Shown here in pieces: positions 1-13,329 of a stretch of 64,000 nt of DNA. The notes under the pieces are model-generated. The model saw only the letters and a program-made list of their open reading frames with translations. It did no database searches and was not told where the DNA came from. A program made the translations under genes and the position numbers. The number at the start of each line of letters is the position of its first letter. Position 1 is the first letter of the stretch. The DNA is from Eledone cirrhosa (Eukaryota), in NCBI GenBank assembly GCA_964016885.1, contig OZ024740.1, forward strand, positions 325,500,001 through 325,564,000, written 5' to 3'.

Positions 1-552
1 ACACACACACAAAGCCACATAGCTACACAGAAAAAGTACAAAATCATACAAAAGCACACACAAACATACAAACAAACACAAGTAGATACAAACGCACACC
101 AGCACACACAGCCACACACAAGCATGTACACACACATTCACATACGCATTCACACGCGCATTCACACACACACATACACAAACACCCACATACAACGACA
201 TCGAACAACATCAACAATTTTCAATAAAATATTTTGTTTGGCGGGGAGGTCGTAAACTGACGATAAAATTCCGGTGTAAATTTTTTTTTAAACGTTAATA
301 AATTTAAGAGTAGCGACATTTCCTGCGCATGACAGAAAATTATGATACGGACATTTTGTTGAAATGTTGAAGTCTAACATGTGTTGAGTGTACAGTGTTA
401 TTATTGTTGTTGTTTTTGCTGTTGTTGCTGTTGTTATTGTTGATACAGTTAATGATGGAGATGAGAATGTTGACGATGTTGTTTTTGATGTTGTTGAAGT
501 TGATGTATCTGTTGTTGATGTTCTTGTTGTTACTGTTGTTACACAAACACAG

Positions 553-665
<113 letters not shown>

Positions 666-680
666 GATAGATAGATAGAT

Positions 681-761
<81 letters not shown>

Positions 762-893
762 TAGATAGATAAAAATGAACGAACAAAACACAGGAGGCAA
801 TTGTACACAGTTATAGTAGGTTCACGCTTGGTGGAAGTGGCGTAGACAAAATACAGAGGTGTAAAAACTCTTATTATATATATACATATATAG

Positions 894-1273
894 AAACGTT
901 TGTATTTGTAAAGCCAAAACAATGCAGGTATGGATATAGAATATAAATGCAAATGCAAAAGATATTGTTGACAATTAGTCTTTTACCTTAAATTTATTTA
1001 AATATCCTTAATTTTCGAGGTAATATCTCTTCTTCGGGGGGAAGTAAAGTGGTTAAACCAGCGTTCTAAATAGCTTCTAAATAGCTTGGCAAGCTATTTA
1101 GAACGCTGGTTTAACCACTTTACTTCCCTCCGAAGAAGAGATATTATCTCGAAAATTAAGGATATTTAAATAAATTTAAGGTAAAAGACTAATTGTCAAC
1201 AATATCTTTTGCATTTGGATTTATATTCTATATCCATACCTGCATTGTTTTGGCTTTACAAATACAAACGTTT
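894..1273. mobile_element. Palindromic PLE remnant (inverted pseudo-LTR pair) with a minimal HHR-like motif
   Basis: 894-1076 is the near-perfect reverse complement of 1091-1273, with a short duplication (ctaaatagctt) at the centre. The right arm reads cct-CCGAAGA-a-GAGATA-t-TATCTC-GAAA-at-TA-agg (1127-1161). Confidence 0.75.
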
Positions 1274-1334
1274 ATACCTCATTACACAATGCTTCAAGTG
1301 AACTATAAAATACATGTATATATATGCGTGAGAG

Positions 1335-1462
<128 letters not shown>

Positions 1463-1777
1463 TATGGTTAAGATATTTGCTATGCAATCAATAAGTCCCA
1501 ATTTCGATGCCATTGCGTGCTATATTGAGCCAGTGTCATTTATTATAGTCTCGGGTAAATCCATGAATTGTGAGTGAAAGTGTTTAGAAGACTTTCACAT
1601 GAACAGTAGCTTTAATTCAAAGGTCCAGCTTTGTCTCGCTGAATCTCCTGGAGAATCACGTTAAGGCTACACGTGTTTGTGGAAAGCTCACCAACAAACA
1701 CGTTAATTTCAAAATAAGACTGTTACATTGATTGAAAAACTGGGTCAGTCTTCATTGAAACCGACCGATGTCCATTG

Positions 1778-1904
<127 letters not shown>

Positions 1905-2110
1905 GTGAGGTTTTTTTTACAAATTGAAAAATAACCGGTGTCCTACACGAGTGAAAGTATAAAGATGTGAGAAAAACCACAGACCCTCCATCTCAACTCT
2001 ACTTTTGAAAAGCAGAAGAACTGCGAAACTGGTAAAGGAACCAAATAAATATATATATATATATTTTTTTAAATAAGACTCCAGTTGCATTTTCGATTTC
2101 ATCTCTTTTT

Positions 2111-2158
<48 letters not shown>

Positions 2159-2369
2159 AAAAGAAATCACAGATGCGAGAAAAACCACAAACCCTACATC
2201 CCAATTCTACTTTTAAAAAGCATAAGAACTGTGAAACCGGTAAAGTAAATAAATAAATATTCTTAAAAAGACTCCAGTTGCATTTTCGATTTCTTTTCCT
2301 TACACTCTCACTCGTGTAGGACCTACAACAACCCCCCTCCCCCACTATATATATATATATATATATATC

Positions 2370-2781
2370 AGTAATTCAAGCTGATGAATACATTTCTTAC
2401 AACCAATATACCTTATGAAACAATACCTTGAGCAAGTTCCTTGAAGCAGAAGAGCTGGAGATTCGGGTTTTTGTGTGAAAATAGGAATATTTAGTCCGAT
2501 TGTTACCATCGGCTACTTTCAGGTCCCAAATAATGGGGGTGGGTGTTGAAATAAGTGGTGGACTTTGAGGAAGATATTTTTACAAACCAGTATTTGTCGA
2601 TTAGTTTACATATTGAGACCTCTACCAACCTATTGTATTTGATAATGTATTACAGGTCGATACATAATTTACATGTAAACGAAACTTCCTCGTTTTTTTC
2701 TAATATATATATACTCTGCCTGTGCATAAATTTTTTGCTTTAGTACCAACACCAGTAACTCACTGAACCACCTACACTATA

Positions 2782-2814
<33 letters not shown>

Positions 2815-2990
2815 GATCGAAGCATGCATTTGTTGATGCTTTTATAATGCCTTGTCTTGTCAGTCTCAGCAGGATTAGTGCAGACCAACATTAATTTCTA
2901 AACAACGCTAGTAACCACGGCAGCCACTTTCATATTTTGAATATGGATATAAGTGGTAAGTGAAGTCTTTACTAAACGCTCTACTTGGAA
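2370..2990 (-). pseudogene. Possible domain II S1-S4 remnant of Nav-like channel relic B
   Basis: Interrupted minus-strand translations such as ELLVLVLKQKIYAQAEYIYIRK and VGRGLNM*TNRQILVCK resemble Nav DII S2-S4 only weakly; supported mainly by collinearity with upstream pieces. Confidence 0.25.
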
Positions 2991-3036
2991 AATATTTTAA
3001 ATTCTATATATTACAATATGTGTGTGTATTTATATG

Positions 3037-3079
<43 letters not shown>

Positions 3080-3097
3080 TATATATATATATACATA

Positions 3098-3148
<51 letters not shown>

Positions 3149-3201
3149 ATACATATATACATATATATGTGATATATGTGTGTATGTGTATATGTATGTG
3201 C

Positions 3202-3275
<74 letters not shown>

Positions 3276-3559
3276 GCATAAGAATATATGTGGGTATATA
3301 TGTATACATGTATGTATATACATATAAACATAAAAATATATATATTCGTATGTATGTTTATATAGATATGTGTGTGTCTACATACTTATATACTTACGCA
3401 TATATATATACATACATACATACATACATACATACATACATACATACATACATACATACATACATACATACATACATACATGTATGCTTTCCCCCTTAAA
3501 ATGAATATAAAATATAAGTATACATATACATATATACACACACACATATATACACACAC

Positions 3560-3636
<77 letters not shown>

Positions 3637-3638
<2 letters not shown>

Positions 3639-3795
3639 TGTTCCACGTTCAATCGGTGGTAACACAGTAAGTAAGGTACTCAATACATAGTAGAGTATAA
3701 ATATTCAATATAGAAATGGCTTCTACAGGACTAGAACTGTTTCATTCGAAGAAAATCATCAGCAACTTCTGGTAGAAGCCATTTCTATATTAAAT
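3637..3795 (-). mobile_element. Short PLE-derived repeat with degenerate HHR and short inverted arm
   Basis: Minus strand CTGATGA-ttttcttcgaat-GAAAC-agttcta-GTC (3762-3729). Inverted repeat 3707-3728 / 3769-3792. Related copies at about 32007-32100 and 51239-51372. Confidence 0.6.
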
Positions 3796-3803
3796 ATATA
3801 TAT

Positions 3804-4049
3804 AACAAAGAAGACATGGTAAGATACCAGGTGGACCATAACGCAGGAGAGTACTCGATAATTAGGGTAGTAGAGCGGGTAATAGGAAAAAAGTCAGGAC
3901 CCGACGGCTGAGTTCCGGCCGTTTCGACAGCTAGATCCGAACTAAGCCACCAGTATTAGAACGGTTAGATTCACACCGTTCTAATACTGCTGGCTTAGTT
4001 CGGATATAGCTATTGAAACGGCCGGAGCTCAGCCGTCGGGTCGGTCCTG
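3804..4049. mobile_element. Palindromic PLE-like repeat with HHR 3' half
   Basis: Inverted repeat 3895-4049 containing GAAAC-GGC-cggagctca-GCC-GTC (stem III plus GUC triplet). Same family at 57163-57335 and 61970-62148. Confidence 0.65.
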
Positions 4050-4384
4050 CTGTTGAACATCATCTAGTTTGCCAGGACTGTGGTCGAGTCTGCCTGAGTA
4101 AAGCTGGTTTGAGTAGATACGAACGAAGTCATATCAATAGACCTCAAGTAGATTATGATGTGAAAAGGTGTAAGGAATGGGCTAGCATGGGAGGTCTCAA
4201 AAGCCACATGAGAACACACAGCCAGAACAAAGCAATGGAACGTCCCGGAGGAGCCTACAGTTGCCATATATGTGCCAGAGAGTGCAAGTCTTTGGCTGGT
4301 TTAAAGAGCCACATTCGTGCCTCACATTTTAGAGCATTTTATCAGGTGATGGCAATGCTCGAACACGAGTTTGCAGCCATCATA

Positions 4385-4387
<3 letters not shown>
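4050..4387 (+). mobile_element. 3' end of an RTE-type LINE ORF with C2H2 zinc fingers
   Basis: CQDCGRVCLSKAGLSRYERSH and CHICARECKSLAGLKSHIRASH resemble RTE C-terminal fingers. It ends in ctcgaacacgagtttgcagccatcat then (TA)n, similar to the ends at 15398 and 28363. Confidence 0.6.
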
Positions 4388-4442
<55 letters not shown>

Positions 4443-4919
4443 TTATTTGTTAAAATAACAGATTAAAGTTTAAGCAAAGAATACCTGCTTTCACCCTTAA
4501 CAGGATCTTCTGAAACTCTATCCTTATCGAGCCCTCTTGGGATTTTAGTCTTCACATTTATTACTATATATATATATTCATGTATTTAAATATTTTAAGG
4601 GGAAAAACATGCCGTGGCTACTCTTCTTCAATGAAAAATAATCACCATTAAATGTTTGTGGTGGGTTGGAGAGAGGGGGAGAGTTAGAGAGATAGAGACA
4701 ATGATAAAGTGGGTGAGGTTCGAGGTAAGGGTGAGTGGAAGAGGGGAGTTAGATATTTCGATGTAAGGATGTGTGGATGGAGCGAGAGTAGAGAAAGTGT
4801 TTAAAATTAGAGAAAAGAGAAATGTTTACGCCCAGGAAAAGTGTGTGTGAAGGGGAGGGGGGTATTGTAATAGAAAGGATGTGGAAGACAACTACAACAA
4901 CAATAACAACATCAATAGT

Positions 4920-5145
4920 AAAAAGTGTTTCTACGTTTGGCACAAGGCCAGCAATTTGAAGGGGCAAGGGAAAAAACGATTAAATTGACTGCGGTTCATT
5001 ACTGGTACTTCATTTTATAGAACTCGTAAGGATGAAAGACAAAGCTAATCTCAGTGGAATTTGAACTCATAACGTAAAGGGCGGTAAATATATGCCTCAA
5101 AGCGTGTTGCCCGATGCTCTACCGATACTGCTAGTTCACTGCCCT
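4920..5145 (-). mobile_element. tRNA-derived SINE, family A (Nin-like central domain)
   Basis: Reverse complement of the family A consensus (gagttcaaat B-box; ctttcatccttac; tgctggccttgtgcc). Confidence 0.8.
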
Positions 5146-5179
5146 AATGATAATAATAATGATAATACAAAGAAGAAGA

Positions 5180-6066
5180 AGAATTATGGAGATTCTGCAA
5201 TTAAAGACACAAAGAACATCAACATATTGGCAAAACATAAAGGTCAACAGGACTGTGCACTAAATCGGAGCAAAAACCACTGCATGAGCATTATGTTCTC
5301 CGTAGCCAAGAACCTGATGTCTATTAACCTTTCACTCATCAGTGGCTTCGGAGTTCTAGGCAGATAGTGAGGGCTTCATTTTAGTTGCACAAGACCAGCG
5401 TCTTTCAACGCGTAACTTTTAAGCAAATGTATTTTTTTTAAATGGAATTGACCCAAAATGTCGAGACTGTAATGGGCATGTTGAGACTATTGGCTGCAAA
5501 GCATTAGCTCCTTGTGAATATAAAACTAGGCATGATGGAACAATACTTATACTGAGTAATGTGCAGGTTCTGTAGTCTGAAAACGGATGGAAAATGGTAC
5601 AACCCTCACCCAGATCCAGTTACAGGAGGGGCGAATATGACAATGCTATGGGATTTTCCTGTGAACACTGATCGAACAATCAAGACCAACAGACCTGATA
5701 TAATTGTGAAGGATCATAAAGAAAAAACATGTTTCTTAATTGACATGAACATTCCATCACATCGTACATCTTGAAAGAGTTTGGAAAGCTTAGCAAGTAT
5801 AAAGATCTGACAGTTGAAATTGAGAACATGTGGCATCTTAAGACTTATACATTACCAGTGATAGTTGGCGCACTTGGAATGATGAAAAAGAGAACGGAAA
5901 AATATTTGGACCAGATACCTGGAAAGCTATTTCTGCAAGAGATTCAGAAAATAGTGCTAACAGGCATTGCCCATGTTCTGAGAAGGGCAATATCAATTTA
6001 AAAACCTTGCAAAGAAATTTACTGTTGTTTGGGCCCTTGTGGCATCCTTTATATGACAATTGATTG
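5180..6066 (+). mobile_element. 5'-truncated R4/Dong-clade non-LTR retrotransposon, restriction-like endonuclease region
   Basis: LWDFPVNTDRTIKTNRPDIIVKD..LIDMNIP followed after a frameshift by KEFGKLSKYKDLTVEIENMWHLKTYTLPVIVGALG is a PD-(D/E)xK RLE. It is flanked by TAA/GAA repeats. Confidence 0.85.
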
Positions 6067-6132
6067 TAGAAGAAGAAGAAGAAGAAGAAGAAGAAGAAGA
6101 AGAAGAAGAAGAAGAAGAAGAAGAAGAAGAAG

Positions 6133-6205
<73 letters not shown>

Positions 6206-6535
6206 ACAACAACAACAACAATACCAACAACAATACCAACAACAACAACAGTAATAATAATATCGATTGTGGTTTATTGTCGGATAACAAACGCATTATT
6301 GAATAAAAACTGGCAACTGTGTGATGTATGTGGACAACAGATTTTGACATATCCATTTGTTGTTGATATTGTTCATTTGTTTTTGTTTCATATGTTAGTT
6401 TTTTTGTTTATGTTCTTATTGCATGTGTTATAGTTGCTATATCTATATGTATTGAATTGCTTTCAATGAGTTTAACACTAGACAATTCTTAACAACAACT
6501 ATAATAATAATGTTGTTGATGATGACGATGATGAC

Positions 6536-6577
<42 letters not shown>

Positions 6578-6717
6578 AACAAAACCAAGAGCATAATAAT
6601 AATGATGATGACGACGATGATAATAATGATGATGAGGAGGAGGAGGAGGATAATAATAATAATAATAATAATGATAATAACAATAACAATAATAATAATA
6701 GTAATAATAATAATAAC

Positions 6718-6840
6718 AGTAGAGTGACACGAATATGTAAATAATAAATGAAACGTTTAAGCTGAAGCAGTAGGCAAGGAGGAAAAGTAAAATCATAAAA
6801 GTTTTATACTCTCTTGTTCGCCATTAAGGACAAACGGATT
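6718..6840 (-). pseudogene. Domain I S6-like remnant of Nav-like channel relic B
   Basis: TREYKTFMILLFLLAYCFSLNVSFIIYIFVSLY versus remembered Nav1 [33 protein letters not shown]. Confidence 0.45.
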
Positions 6841-7101
6841 CACTAACACACATACACACACACACACACATACTTACACATGGACATAGACACATACACA
6901 CACACATACTTACACATGGACATAGACACACATACACACATTTACACAAACATACGCATAAAAACAAAATGAAACTTATAGAAAAATGCAATCTCAGGCT
7001 GTGTCATGTTCAGATCCAAATGACACACACATACACACGCACGTACACACACACACACACACGCACACACACACACACGCGCGCGCACACACACACACAC
7101 T

Positions 7102-7195
<94 letters not shown>

Positions 7196-7287
7196 TTTGT
7201 ACTGTATTCATATATATATTTCATATGCCAAACCTGATGTACTTGTAAATATAAACAAAATTACATAGAAATTCTCTCTCTCTCTCT

Positions 7288-7321
<34 letters not shown>

Positions 7322-7331
7322 TGTATATATG

Positions 7332-7495
<164 letters not shown>

Positions 7496-7654
7496 GCTTG
7501 TGCGCGTGCGTCTGTGCCTATGTGATATGAATGCGTATATAAATGCAGCAATTCCTATGATTTGAATTCAATTCAACTTTATTGTTATTGTGTCCACTAA
7601 CAACGGAAATGTGTTTTTGATGGATTTATTGATTCACTCATTGGCTTGTTATTG

Positions 7655-8298
7655 TGGGTTGGCAAAATTGTTACTGCGTCAGATGAAATGCATTGTAGTA
7701 TTTCCTTACAGTCTTCTACAGTTTGGTTTCAAATCTCGCTGAGGTCAAACCTCCCTGTCATCATTACGGGGTTAATATATTATAGCACCTTTCATCCTTA
7801 CGGGGTTGATATATTATAGCACCAGTCACTCACTGAGGTCGATTTAATCGATTTTCTCCCCTCCCTCAAAATTGTTGGCCTTGTGCCTAAATCAGAAACC
7901 TATATTATTGTAGCAATAAGGGCGGTGAATTGGCAGTATCGGTAGAGGGTCGGACGCCATGCTTTACAGCGTAGAGTTACGTCCCTTTATCATCTGAGTT
8001 CAAATCCGGCCGAGGTTATCTTTGCCTTTCATCCTTACGGGGTCGATAAAATAAAGTACCAGTAATGCACTGGAATCGATTTAATCGACTTTCCCCTCTC
8101 CCGGAATTACTGGCCTTGTGTCTATACTAGAGTATCGTTAGAGGGTCGGACGCCATGCCTTGACGCATAGAGTTACGGCCCTTGCCATTATGAGTTCAAA
8201 TCCCGCCGAGGTTAACTCCTTACGGGGTCGATAAAATAAAGTAGCAGTAATGTACTGGGTAATTGCTGGCCTTGTGCTAAAAGTAGAAACAATTATTA
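7655..8298 (+). mobile_element. Three tandem family A SINE copies
   Basis: Repeated tggcagtatcggtagagggtcggacgcc ... gagttcaaat ... ccttacggggtcgataaaataaagt ... gctggccttgtg. Confidence 0.85.
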
Positions 8299-8379
8299 TA
8301 TACGTACATATACATATTTGCATATATATATATATATATATATATATGCATACAATTATATATACATATATACATATAT

Positions 8380-8556
8380 ACTCATGAGCAGAGTATTATT
8401 GGCATTATGCGGTACTGTGAGAATGGGATATCTTATATTGCCGGCAGGAAGAGAGTATATCCACTTGATCATGACTGGCCTTGGGTTCTTAACGCCACTG
8501 ATGTTGCCCAAGAGACTGGCAAAGCCCGATATAACTTGATACCGGGTACATCGCAA
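8380..8556 (-). pseudogene. Domain I S5-pore extracellular loop-like remnant of channel relic B
   Basis: ASLLGNISGVKNP..YSLPAGNIRYP versus remembered Drosophila para PLCGNISGAGQC..YVCLQGFGPNPNYG. Confidence 0.4.
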
Positions 8557-8714
8557 CTCATATATGTATGTATATACATATACTTTACCTCGCTGATAAA
8601 GATATTTGCTTTTGATGTTTACATTGATATCAATAGCACTTAATACTTGATATTACCACACACCAAATACAAACTGAATAAATCATACATACATAAATAT
8701 ATGTATATGTGTGT

Positions 8715-8811
<97 letters not shown>

Positions 8812-8844
8812 TAAAGTGTGTGTATATGTATATATATAATTAAA

Positions 8845-9058
8845 GTTTTCGCTCCAACATAGCAGTATACACATAAGTATGTGAATTTTGTATATCTAAT
8901 GATATACGGTATGTTTACGAATAAACATTTCGAAAGTCTTTTAGCTATGAATATTATATATACGCCTGTTGTGTGTATTAAACGATGAAAATAAAACAAA
9001 ATCCAAGGCCACATTGAATTCTAAGAACGTTATCGGCCCCACCATAAACAGGTGGAAA

Positions 9059-9062
<4 letters not shown>
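8845..9062 (-). pseudogene. Domain I S2-S3 and S5-like remnant of channel relic B
   Basis: GFHLFMVGPITFLEFNVALDFVLF (cf. [22 protein letters not shown]), then frameshifted AKRLSKCLFVNIPYIIRYTKFTYLCVYCYVG (cf. [28 protein letters not shown]). Confidence 0.5.
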
Positions 9063-9130
<68 letters not shown>

Positions 9131-9171
9131 CGAAACATAAGTCCATTGCATAAACTCATAATTCTTTATTT

Positions 9172-9227
9172 ACTGCTATATATATTTCGATGATAGCCAT
9201 TGAATGGCTATGACCTCATCAGGCAGT
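9172..9227 (-). ncRNA. Type I hammerhead ribozyme in a PLE 3' remnant (about 9127-9562)
   Basis: Minus strand ACTGC-CTGATGA-GGTCATAGCCATT-c-AATGGCTATCATC-GAAA-TATATATA-GCAGT, then AATAAA. Stems I and II pair; stem III is a short self-complementary tract. Confidence 0.85.
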
Positions 9228-9558
9228 TAGTCAGTTCTTAGATATGCCACCTCTTTGTTTATAGTGTTGATGGTTTCAGAGCCTTGGGACATATGAGCTT
9301 GTTAGGAATAATTTAATGTTGTCAGCAGGAATAGTCTTAATTCTCATTGGTCAGTTTGTAGATGCTAGTAGGGTTGGTATTTGACCTCAAAGAGGCAGGT
9401 GGTGTTATAAAGTTCAAACCGTCAAGCAAGATGACAATAGTTCCATATGACTGATTATCACAAAAAGCATTCCTGGTCAGATATTTATTCGATTGAGGTT
9501 TATAGTATGAAATTCGATACCACAGGTCATTCTTAAATTGAGGAATTTATGTGGAGTG

Positions 9559-9620
<62 letters not shown>

Positions 9621-10072
9621 TTTACGTATCGAGAAAGAGAGAAAAAGGAGGGATAGGTGATACATATAGTTATTTGCCAAGTAGCGTATGCCAAAGGTGC
9701 TCGATACTAGTGCCGGCAGTATTAAATATTCGAAGTGTTAATATTTAGTGGGCTAGAGAGTTAGCAGAGCGTAAGCACGTGGGAAAGTAAAAAATCGGAG
9801 AATAGACCGTTAAAACATGTTTATTTAAAATATCACTACGTACGTTTCGCCCAGTTGGGCTTCTCAAGGGCATAAATAGTCACAAGTGTTCCTTATATAG
9901 TTCGGAAAGAGTTTGGGGGGTTAAATCTACATCAAGATTCATTGCTCGCAAAAATATCTTGTTTTGATTTTGCAGCAGGTCAAGGGAAGTAACTCTGGCC
10001 GGTGTTAGGGCAGTCTTTCCCGGATAATTTTTTTTTTTTTTTTTTTTTTTTGCCGCATCCGTTTGTCTGAGG

Positions 10073-10870
10073 AACAATATAAAAATATCCTTCTCTACTA
10101 CTCCTACCCTAGCAGACATCATAGGAACAACGAACCACAGTAAGATCACCAAGACACAGCACCTCGACACAGACGCACCTACACCTGACAATAACTATAT
10201 CGGCCTTAACAACTCCCTGACAACATCCAATAGTGTTGGCAACGGCATCCGCAGACGCAACCAGAATGACCGCGAAGTGACTGGGGAACATGCAGAACAT
10301 GACGTGCGGAATAACAATCGCACCATCCCGCGTGCTGTGGGTTGTAATTGTGCTAACGACAGCTGCGGTAGCGTAGGTAACAACGTAGGCAGCAACAATG
10401 ATAGCCTTACCGTGGGAAATAGACGGAACCGCGACAGAAATTGTAACTGCCGCGACAGAGGACGCTGCCCCCTTAGAGGATACTGCTTGACCGATAGGGT
10501 TATATATAGATGCACTATTACTAGCCACAATAGCGTTAAACATTATATAGGGGCCACCTCCGGCCCGTTCAAAATTAGGTTTCGAACACATCTCCACTCT
10601 TTCACAAATAGAAAACTAAGGCACTCCACTTCGCTCGCGGACTACATCACATCACTAAAGGACCTAAACATCAGCTTCTCCACGCACTGGGAGATTGTCG
10701 GCAGGGCTGCACCGTACAACTTCAAGAGGAAATGCGATCTTTGCCTCATGGAGCTCTACCACATCATAACTGCACCCCACGAGCTCATCAACAGCAGAGC
10801 TGAAACAGCGATAAGTTGTACACATCGCTTAAAAATATCCTTCTTTAGATGGGTTAAGAATGAAGAGTGA
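10073..10870 (+). CDS. PLE polyprotein C-terminus: zinc knuckle plus GIY-YIG endonuclease
   Basis: Open frame from NNIKISFSTTP through CNCRDRGRCPLRGYC, VIY..YIG, CDLCLME and LINSRAE..CTH; matches the Naiad-clade layout. Confidence 0.9.
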   Translation, partial: NNIKISFSTTPTLADIIGTTNHSKITKTQHLDTDAPTPDNNYIGLNNSLTTSNSVGNGIRRRNQNDREVTGEHAEHDVRNNNRTIPRAVGCNCANDSCGSVGNNVGSNNDSLTVGNRRNRDRNCNCRDRGRCPLRGYCLTDRVIYRCTITSHNSVKHYIGATSGPFKIRFRTHLHSFTNRKLRHSTSLADYITSLKDLNISFSTHWEIVGRAAPYNFKRKCDLCLMELYHIITAPHELINSRAETAISCTHRLKISFFRWVKNEE

Positions 10871-11163
10871 AATAGTACACTGGATCTCCCTGCAACAAGT
10901 CTTAACACCCCGGCGGGCAGGCGCTGCAAAATAACACCCAGAAAACAATCCTTGCATACCAGACCCAGCCTCAGACAAACGGATGCGACAAAAAAAAAAA
11001 AAAAAAATTATCCGGGAAAGACTGCCCTAACACCGGCCAGAGTTACCTCCCTTGACCTGCTGCAAAATCAAAACAAGATATTTTTGCGAGCAATGAATCT
11101 TGATGTAGATTTAACCCCCAAAACTCTTTCCGAACTATATAAGGAACACTTGTGACTATTTAT

Positions 11164-11202
11164 GCCCTTGAGAAGCCCAACTGGGCGAAACGTACGTAGG
11201 TG
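11164..11202 (+). ncRNA. Minimal HHR with U3-A8 variant core (mirror copy at about 9835-9872)
   Basis: TTGAGAA-GCCC-aact-GGGC-GAAA-CGTACGTA; palindromic stem III ACGTACGT and GUA triplet; stem I is weak. Confidence 0.7.
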
Positions 11203-11257
11203 ATATTTTAAATAAACATGTTTTAACGGTCTATTCTCCGATTTTTTACTTTCCCAC

Positions 11258-11393
<136 letters not shown>

Positions 11394-11947
11394 CTTGTCA
11401 AAAGAAAGGTGAAGCTTAATACAGGTTGATACAGTGATGTCATAATTCCTAGTAGAAGGGAAAGGTAAAGGGCTGATACAGATTGTCACCAGTGACGTTG
11501 CAACTTATTTTTGCAACTCAGTGGACTGGAACAATGCTTGGTCCAGTCATCTCACGATCGTGAGCCCACCATTCCTCACCATATTGCCGCGCAAACTAAT
11601 ACATGCAGCCTCGATTTCTTGTATAGAATTTTAAGTGTAGTTGTATTGTGAATGCATTAGACCGATAATGAGTATTCCATTTGCTCGAACAACACAACAA
11701 CGTGTTCGTGAAATTAATGTGCAAATGGTCAAGCATTCCACAAACACGAGCACCCTCAAGGCAGTTTTCAGGGAGAGTCAGCGCGTGACTGTGTATGACA
11801 AGGTTAGCCCTTTAAGTTACGGGTACAACACATGTTTATCAACTCCATGGACTAGAGCAACATGAAAGAAAGGAATCGAACCCGTGACATTAGAATCGTG
11901 ACCCCCAACAACGTAGCCACTAAACAACGTCAACTGATCGTTTTGGC

Positions 11948-12270
11948 TGATTTATTCAGTTTGGATTTGGTGTGTGGTAATATCAAGTATTAAGTGGAAT
12001 TGATATCAATGAAAACATCAAACGCAAATATCTTTATCAGCGAGGTAATGGAAGAGCAGATGATAAGCCTTGGGCCAGAGATAATGAATGTTAAGACAGT
12101 GTAAGTCGAGTGATTAGTTAAAAATTAACCTCACAGCTGACCGGAATATATTAGTGATGAAGTTTCACTTCTTCACAAATTGCTATTACGAAATACTGTC
12201 TGTCAAATAACAATATTGATTTCCTGAAGATAGACGATAGATGATAGCTCCTCGGTCGTTTTCGACGATG
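11948..12270 (+). mobile_element. Degenerate repeat, probably a PLE 3' end
   Basis: 11948-12047 recurs inverted at about 8586-8684. EVMEEQMISLGPEIMNVK* resembles a GIY-YIG end, and CTGAAGA plus a hairpin lies at about 12224-12265. Confidence 0.35.
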
Positions 12271-12344
12271 AGCTTTTCAGTTGTTTGATCAACTGCAATT
12301 AGTGTGTTTTAAGTGGTTGAATATTCCGCAGCTATGTGTACTTT

Positions 12345-12950
12345 TAACGTAATATTCTAGTCTGAATCAGCATGATACAATGATACAGTCCAGATACAGT
12401 CCATCTTGTGTGAAGGTGCGTGGCTTTGTGGTTAAGATATTCGGCCCACAATCGTAAGGTCGTGAGTTCGATTCTCGGTGGCGCGCTGCGCCCTTGAGCA
12501 AGGTACTTTATTTCACGTTGCTCCGGTCCATTCAGCTGGCAAAATGAAGTTGTACCTGTAATTCGAAGGGCCAGCCTTGTCACATTCTGTCCGATTCTGT
12601 GCTTCCTGAGAACTATATTAAAGGTACGTGTGTTTGTGGAATACTCAACCAGTTGCACGTTCATTTCACGAGCAGGTTGTTCCGTTGATCGTATCAACAA
12701 GAATATTCGTCGTCGTAACCGACGGAGGGCCATTATTACTACTACATCTTGTATTATAGAGGAAATATTTATGTATTCCACAGATGTGTTCACTTAACAT
12801 AGTTCCTAGGCTGAATCCTCATGAAAAATCAACATGATGCAATATGCTACAAGGCTGGAACTTTGAATACGGTGGAGATCCTGGTCTGGGGCTCAATCTT
12901 AGTAAGGATCTACAATAAGGGGCTCTTACTAATTTCCATCAACACACACA
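12345..12950 (-). pseudogene. N-terminal and DI S1-like remnant of channel relic B, split by a SINE
   Basis: EPLIVDPY* (cf. EPLEDLDPYY), TVFKVPA..IQPRNYVK (cf. IFRFSAT..LSPFNPIR) and WTVSGLYHCIMLI. Confidence 0.45.
12408..12745 (+). mobile_element. tRNA-derived SINE, family B, full length
   Basis: A-box tggctttgtgg, B-box gagttcgattc, ccttgagcaaggtacttt V-like core, candidate TSD catcttgt. Relatives at about 11660-11920(-), 17600-17810(-), 18440-18680(-), 18780-19125(+) and 22570-22812(-). Confidence 0.8.
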
Positions 12951-13045
12951 CGCACTTGATAAGACAACGATAGATGTTATATACAGTGTCTTGCTATAAC
13001 CACTCCTAGAGGGCATGATTCAAACTTTAACTTATGGCAGACATG

Positions 13046-13232
13046 GGATTGGCAGTATCGGTAGAGAGTCAGACGCCATGCTTAGCAGCAAAGAGTTACG
13101 GCCCTTTATGATCTGAGTTCAAATCCTGCCGAGGTTAATTTGCCTTTCATCCTTACGAGGTCGATAAAATAAAGTACTAGTAATGTACTGGGATAATTGC
13201 TGGTCTTGTGCCAAAAGTAGAAACAATTATTA
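13046..13232 (+). mobile_element. Family A SINE
   Basis: Consensus match ending in gtagaaacaattatt. Confidence 0.85.
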
Positions 13233-13329
13233 AAACAGGGACAAATTACAATGATCTGTAATATATAAACACAACATGAAATGGAGTGTAAAATAAAATG
13301 AATTATAATAAATAGATAAATAGATAAAT

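Noticed and set aside
2860-2970. Plus-strand exon between cttgtcag and gtaagt
   Set aside because: Stops in all three frames.
4013-4387. Host C2H2 zinc-finger gene
   Set aside because: No TGEKP linkers; its start lies inside a palindromic repeat; its 3' end matches a retroposon terminus.
10073-10870. Selenoprotein-type Naiad (UGA at conserved Cys)
   Set aside because: Conserved Cys positions here and at 45060-45450 are TGY codons; the only in-frame TGA in this ORF is the terminal stop.
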